Assembly (NCBI GenBank): GCA_000002445.1
Contig: CP000070.1
Span: forward strand, 224,001 to 288,000
Origin: Trypanosoma brucei
Lineage: Eukaryota
Direction of reading: 5' to 3'
DNA: 64,000 bases
The position numbers and the translations under genes are program-made. Below the pieces are notes generated by a model, which was given only the letters and a program-made list of their open reading frames with translations, ran no database searches and was not told the DNA's origin. Shown piece by piece: positions 61,385 to 64,000 of this stretch. The first letter of the stretch is position 1. The number at the start of each line of letters is the position of its first letter.

Positions 61385-63604
61385 GTGCCAATGAATACCA
61401 CCGGGGAGCCCGCAAAGGCTGCTGCCCCACCAGCGGTCCGGCGGCGTGGGCGGGGGACATTCAACAGGCCGTTGCGAGCTGAAGAACCCACCGCGCCCAA
61501 CGCCACAGCGAGTCATGCGGGTGATAATGTTTCCGTAATAACAACCGTCACAACCGCTGTTCTTCCCGCCTCAACAGGTCCGTCAACTCGGGTACCTGAG
61601 GAGGATCTTGCGGCGGAATATGGCGGACAGAAGCGTGACATTCCTCTCAACATCCGTGAAAACTTCGGTGTGCATGAGGAGGAACAGGTGGTGGACACGG
61701 TGCGGCAGCTTCTGTTCCGCGGAGAGAAGCGCCGGCGGTATTGCGTTATCGTGGGAAACCTTCAAAACCCCGACAGGCCCATTACACTGAAACTGTTTGG
61801 TCATAAAGGATTGAAGCCATTTAAACTACAGAACAAACTCATCAGGTTAGTTAATATAAGCGTTAGCCGCCCACGTCTAATCAAGCAAACAGATGCATCG
61901 AAGGAAGAACAAGAGGTGTGGAGTGGGGGTGGTAGCGACGATGAGGTAATTGCGGACGCTCAGGCTGACACTGTGACTAAGACCGAAAATGATTTCGACA
62001 ATCAAGGTTCCTGTGACCACGGACAGCAGCAAAAATGGCGAAAAGAAGAACAAGAAGGCACACCGAAACGCGACTATGAAAGCGAAATCCAGAGGGCGCA
62101 TGAGCGACGAAACCCGGGAGGGGATGGGGGAGTAAAGGATGGTGAAGAATCCCAACCGACCATTCGAATGAGTGGAAGTGAAGTGGAAAAAAACGGAAGT
62201 GGGGATATGGATGTTAAGGCCAACGAGCGACCACCCAGTCAATCTGGTGAAGGACGAGACCAGGGTTGGGAGGAGAAGACGATGGATACAGAAACTCGCG
62301 ACGTTGATGACTATGCGAACGAGGATGTGGTTTTGCCGCTCACCGTGGAGATACGTGATTCCACCGCCACCAACATTGGTCAGCCGTCGTCCATTGCGAA
62401 CAGTCCTGTTCTCACCGCAGCACGCTTCGACACTCTTTATGGTTATTTTTTTCGTGAGTTTCAGCATCTTCTGCAACTAGAGGATGTTCGGATGCATCAA
62501 GTCTCTATTAACCTTAGTCTTGGTGCCGTCTATTGTTGTTTGGCCCGTGAGGGTTCGTACATCACTCCGCTGAAATACGCAACATTTAGTGAGTTTGTAC
62601 AGCGCATGAACGAGGAAAGCATGCAACTTTACTTCTTGAAGGACGCCCCGATTTGTGTTTCCCGTGCTGTTGACAGGGAGTGCGGTGCGCTGCAGTCTGA
62701 GGCCGCATTTTCGCTTGTCAAGATTTACTTCTTTTCAAATGAGCGGCAAAGCCGAACGGTTGCGCGGGCGATGTGGGATGCGCATGAAAATCGGTTCGTA
62801 TTGCTCGATATGGAGAACATGGGCGTAACCTTCACATGGACCGTCTTCTCCGTTGATGAAACTGATATTCAGAATAACCGAAAGAAACATCAAGGGGAAG
62901 GCGTAAGCAATGATAGTGGTATTCCCGATGGTGACAGTGCTACGGAGACCGATAAACCCATGCGGAAGAAAACAGTAGCGTTCCCTTTCGAATTGGAGCT
63001 CCGGGCCTATCGTCGTTGGAAGCAGCACACGGAGCACCCGGTCGCCCCAATTGCTGAGGCAATCCTCGACAAACTTTCGTTGGCGGAGCACAATCTCATT
63101 CAGTACGGTTCCACAATAGGCTATGAGAATATGGACTTGTCGAAAGTATGCGATGCAGACGCCGAATCAGAAGACTTTAACGTTGAGAGTATCATCGTCG
63201 AGCACACATCAAGGGTCAAACCGCGCGGTACCGACCTAACGGTTGACAGTACCTCATCATTGTGGATTGAAAACTTTGCCGCCGCCCGGGCACTTCGCGA
63301 GCGCATGGCGAAAGGACTCGTTGGAAATGAGGAAAGAAGTAACGTGAAAACGCGCCACGGGGAGCGGTCGGGGCGCAAGGGAGCGCCAGTTCCTAACGTA
63401 AAGCCAGTGACGCCCGCATCCCGGTTGACATTTTTTCGTTCTCGTGGTTCAACAGTGCACTGGAAACTTCGACCGGGATACAGCACTGAGGAGAACCTCT
63501 CCCCTCTGAGCGAAGCTCTACATTTTGTGCAACAGGTGCTCAAGACGGCAAACGAAATTGAAGGCCGGTCCGCGCGTGGTGGTGTAGCACCTGAACCTTT
63601 ATAG
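61385..63604 (+). CDS. Hypothetical protein (739 aa). The N-terminal third is Ala/Pro/Glu-rich low complexity and the C-terminal half is globular. No recognised domain.
   Basis: Uninterrupted 2.2 kb ORF on the polycistron strand with coding-like composition. Confidence 0.5.
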   Translation: MPMNTTGEPAKAAAPPAVRRRGRGTFNRPLRAEEPTAPNATASHAGDNVSVITTVTTAVLPASTGPSTRVPEEDLAAEYGGQKRDIPLNIRENFGVHEEEQVVDTVRQLLFRGEKRRRYCVIVGNLQNPDRPITLKLFGHKGLKPFKLQNKLIRLVNISVSRPRLIKQTDASKEEQEVWSGGGSDDEVIADAQADTVTKTENDFDNQGSCDHGQQQKWRKEEQEGTPKRDYESEIQRAHERRNPGGDGGVKDGEESQPTIRMSGSEVEKNGSGDMDVKANERPPSQSGEGRDQGWEEKTMDTETRDVDDYANEDVVLPLTVEIRDSTATNIGQPSSIANSPVLTAARFDTLYGYFFREFQHLLQLEDVRMHQVSINLSLGAVYCCLAREGSYITPLKYATFSEFVQRMNEESMQLYFLKDAPICVSRAVDRECGALQSEAAFSLVKIYFFSNERQSRTVARAMWDAHENRFVLLDMENMGVTFTWTVFSVDETDIQNNRKKHQGEGVSNDSGIPDGDSATETDKPMRKKTVAFPFELELRAYRRWKQHTEHPVAPIAEAILDKLSLAEHNLIQYGSTIGYENMDLSKVCDADAESEDFNVESIIVEHTSRVKPRGTDLTVDSTSSLWIENFAAARALRERMAKGLVGNEERSNVKTRHGERSGRKGAPVPNVKPVTPASRLTFFRSRGSTVHWKLRPGYSTEENLSPLSEALHFVQQVLKTANEIEGRSARGGVAPEPL

Positions 63605-64000
63605 TTGGGAGGTATTCTACGCGGCAATTACGATTGGCTTTCGTGAGAGAATGTGTTTCATACTGTTGGGCTAAGAAGTCTGCTTTCCCCCTCTTAACCT
63701 GTTCGAAGCCCCTCGATCTCGTTATGTCGTTGGGTACACCAATTGCCCCTCCTCTATTGCTTGCAGCTTATGGAATTTTTGTTCTGTTGCTCTTTTTTTT
63801 TTTTCCTCCTCCTCCCCTCAATCTTTGCGCTACTGACATTCCCATCAATACCAATAACAGACACAAAACAGTGTAAGCAGGTACCATCGCAATACCGAGG
63901 AGAATATAGCTTTGTTTGTTTTATTTTGACGTAGTGCTAAACTTTGTGTTCGCGTGCAAGTTCAGTGATATATATATATATTTTTTTTGGTAAAAGTAAA

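Noticed and set aside
1-64000. Prokaryotic-style systems (CRISPR arrays, toxin-antitoxin or defence operons, integrons).
   Set aside because: The sequence is clearly eukaryotic trypanosomatid nuclear DNA (dynein, NMD3, SRPK, S16, polypyrimidine or trans-splicing type spacers). No direct-repeat and spacer arrays are present.

Overview
This window looks like nuclear DNA of a trypanosomatid, probably a Trypanosoma cruzi-like genome. The evidence is about 50% GC, intronless genes that all run on one strand, pyrimidine-rich intergenic regions, and CA/TA microsatellites. The species call is an inference from the sequence only.

Layout:
- A minus-strand dynein heavy-chain gene occupies the first ~4.65 kb. 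It starts at an ATG at 4655 and runs off the window start. It is absent from the ORF track only because it is open-ended.
- A ~7.3 kb gene-free divergent strand-switch region follows (4656-11925). It contains a frameshifted non-LTR retrotransposon remnant with RT thumb and RNase H motifs on the minus strand.
- From 11.9 kb to 63.6 kb, one plus-strand polycistronic unit carries about 19 genes.

Genes I could assign a product to:
- glucosidase II beta subunit
- a polycystin/mucolipin-like cation channel
- an SRPK-like kinase
- NMD3
- a J-domain protein with HTD in place of HPD
- a PIF1-family protein with degenerate Walker A and B motifs and a C-terminal zinc-finger region
- a glutaredoxin-fold protein
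- an OGFr-family protein
- an Hsp70-like protein with a non-canonical C-terminus
- two tandem, near-identical 40S ribosomal protein S16 genes
- a KREX-like protein with an N-terminal 5'-3' exonuclease-like motif and a C-terminal EEP nuclease domain
- a large SNF2-RING (Rad5/Rad16-like) ATPase
- several lineage-specific hypothetical proteins

Other points:
- A 6.5 kb low-complexity gene desert (20.3-26.8 kb) separates the kinase and NMD3.
- No prokaryotic-type systems (CRISPR, operons) are present.
- No tRNA or rRNA genes were recognised by eye.
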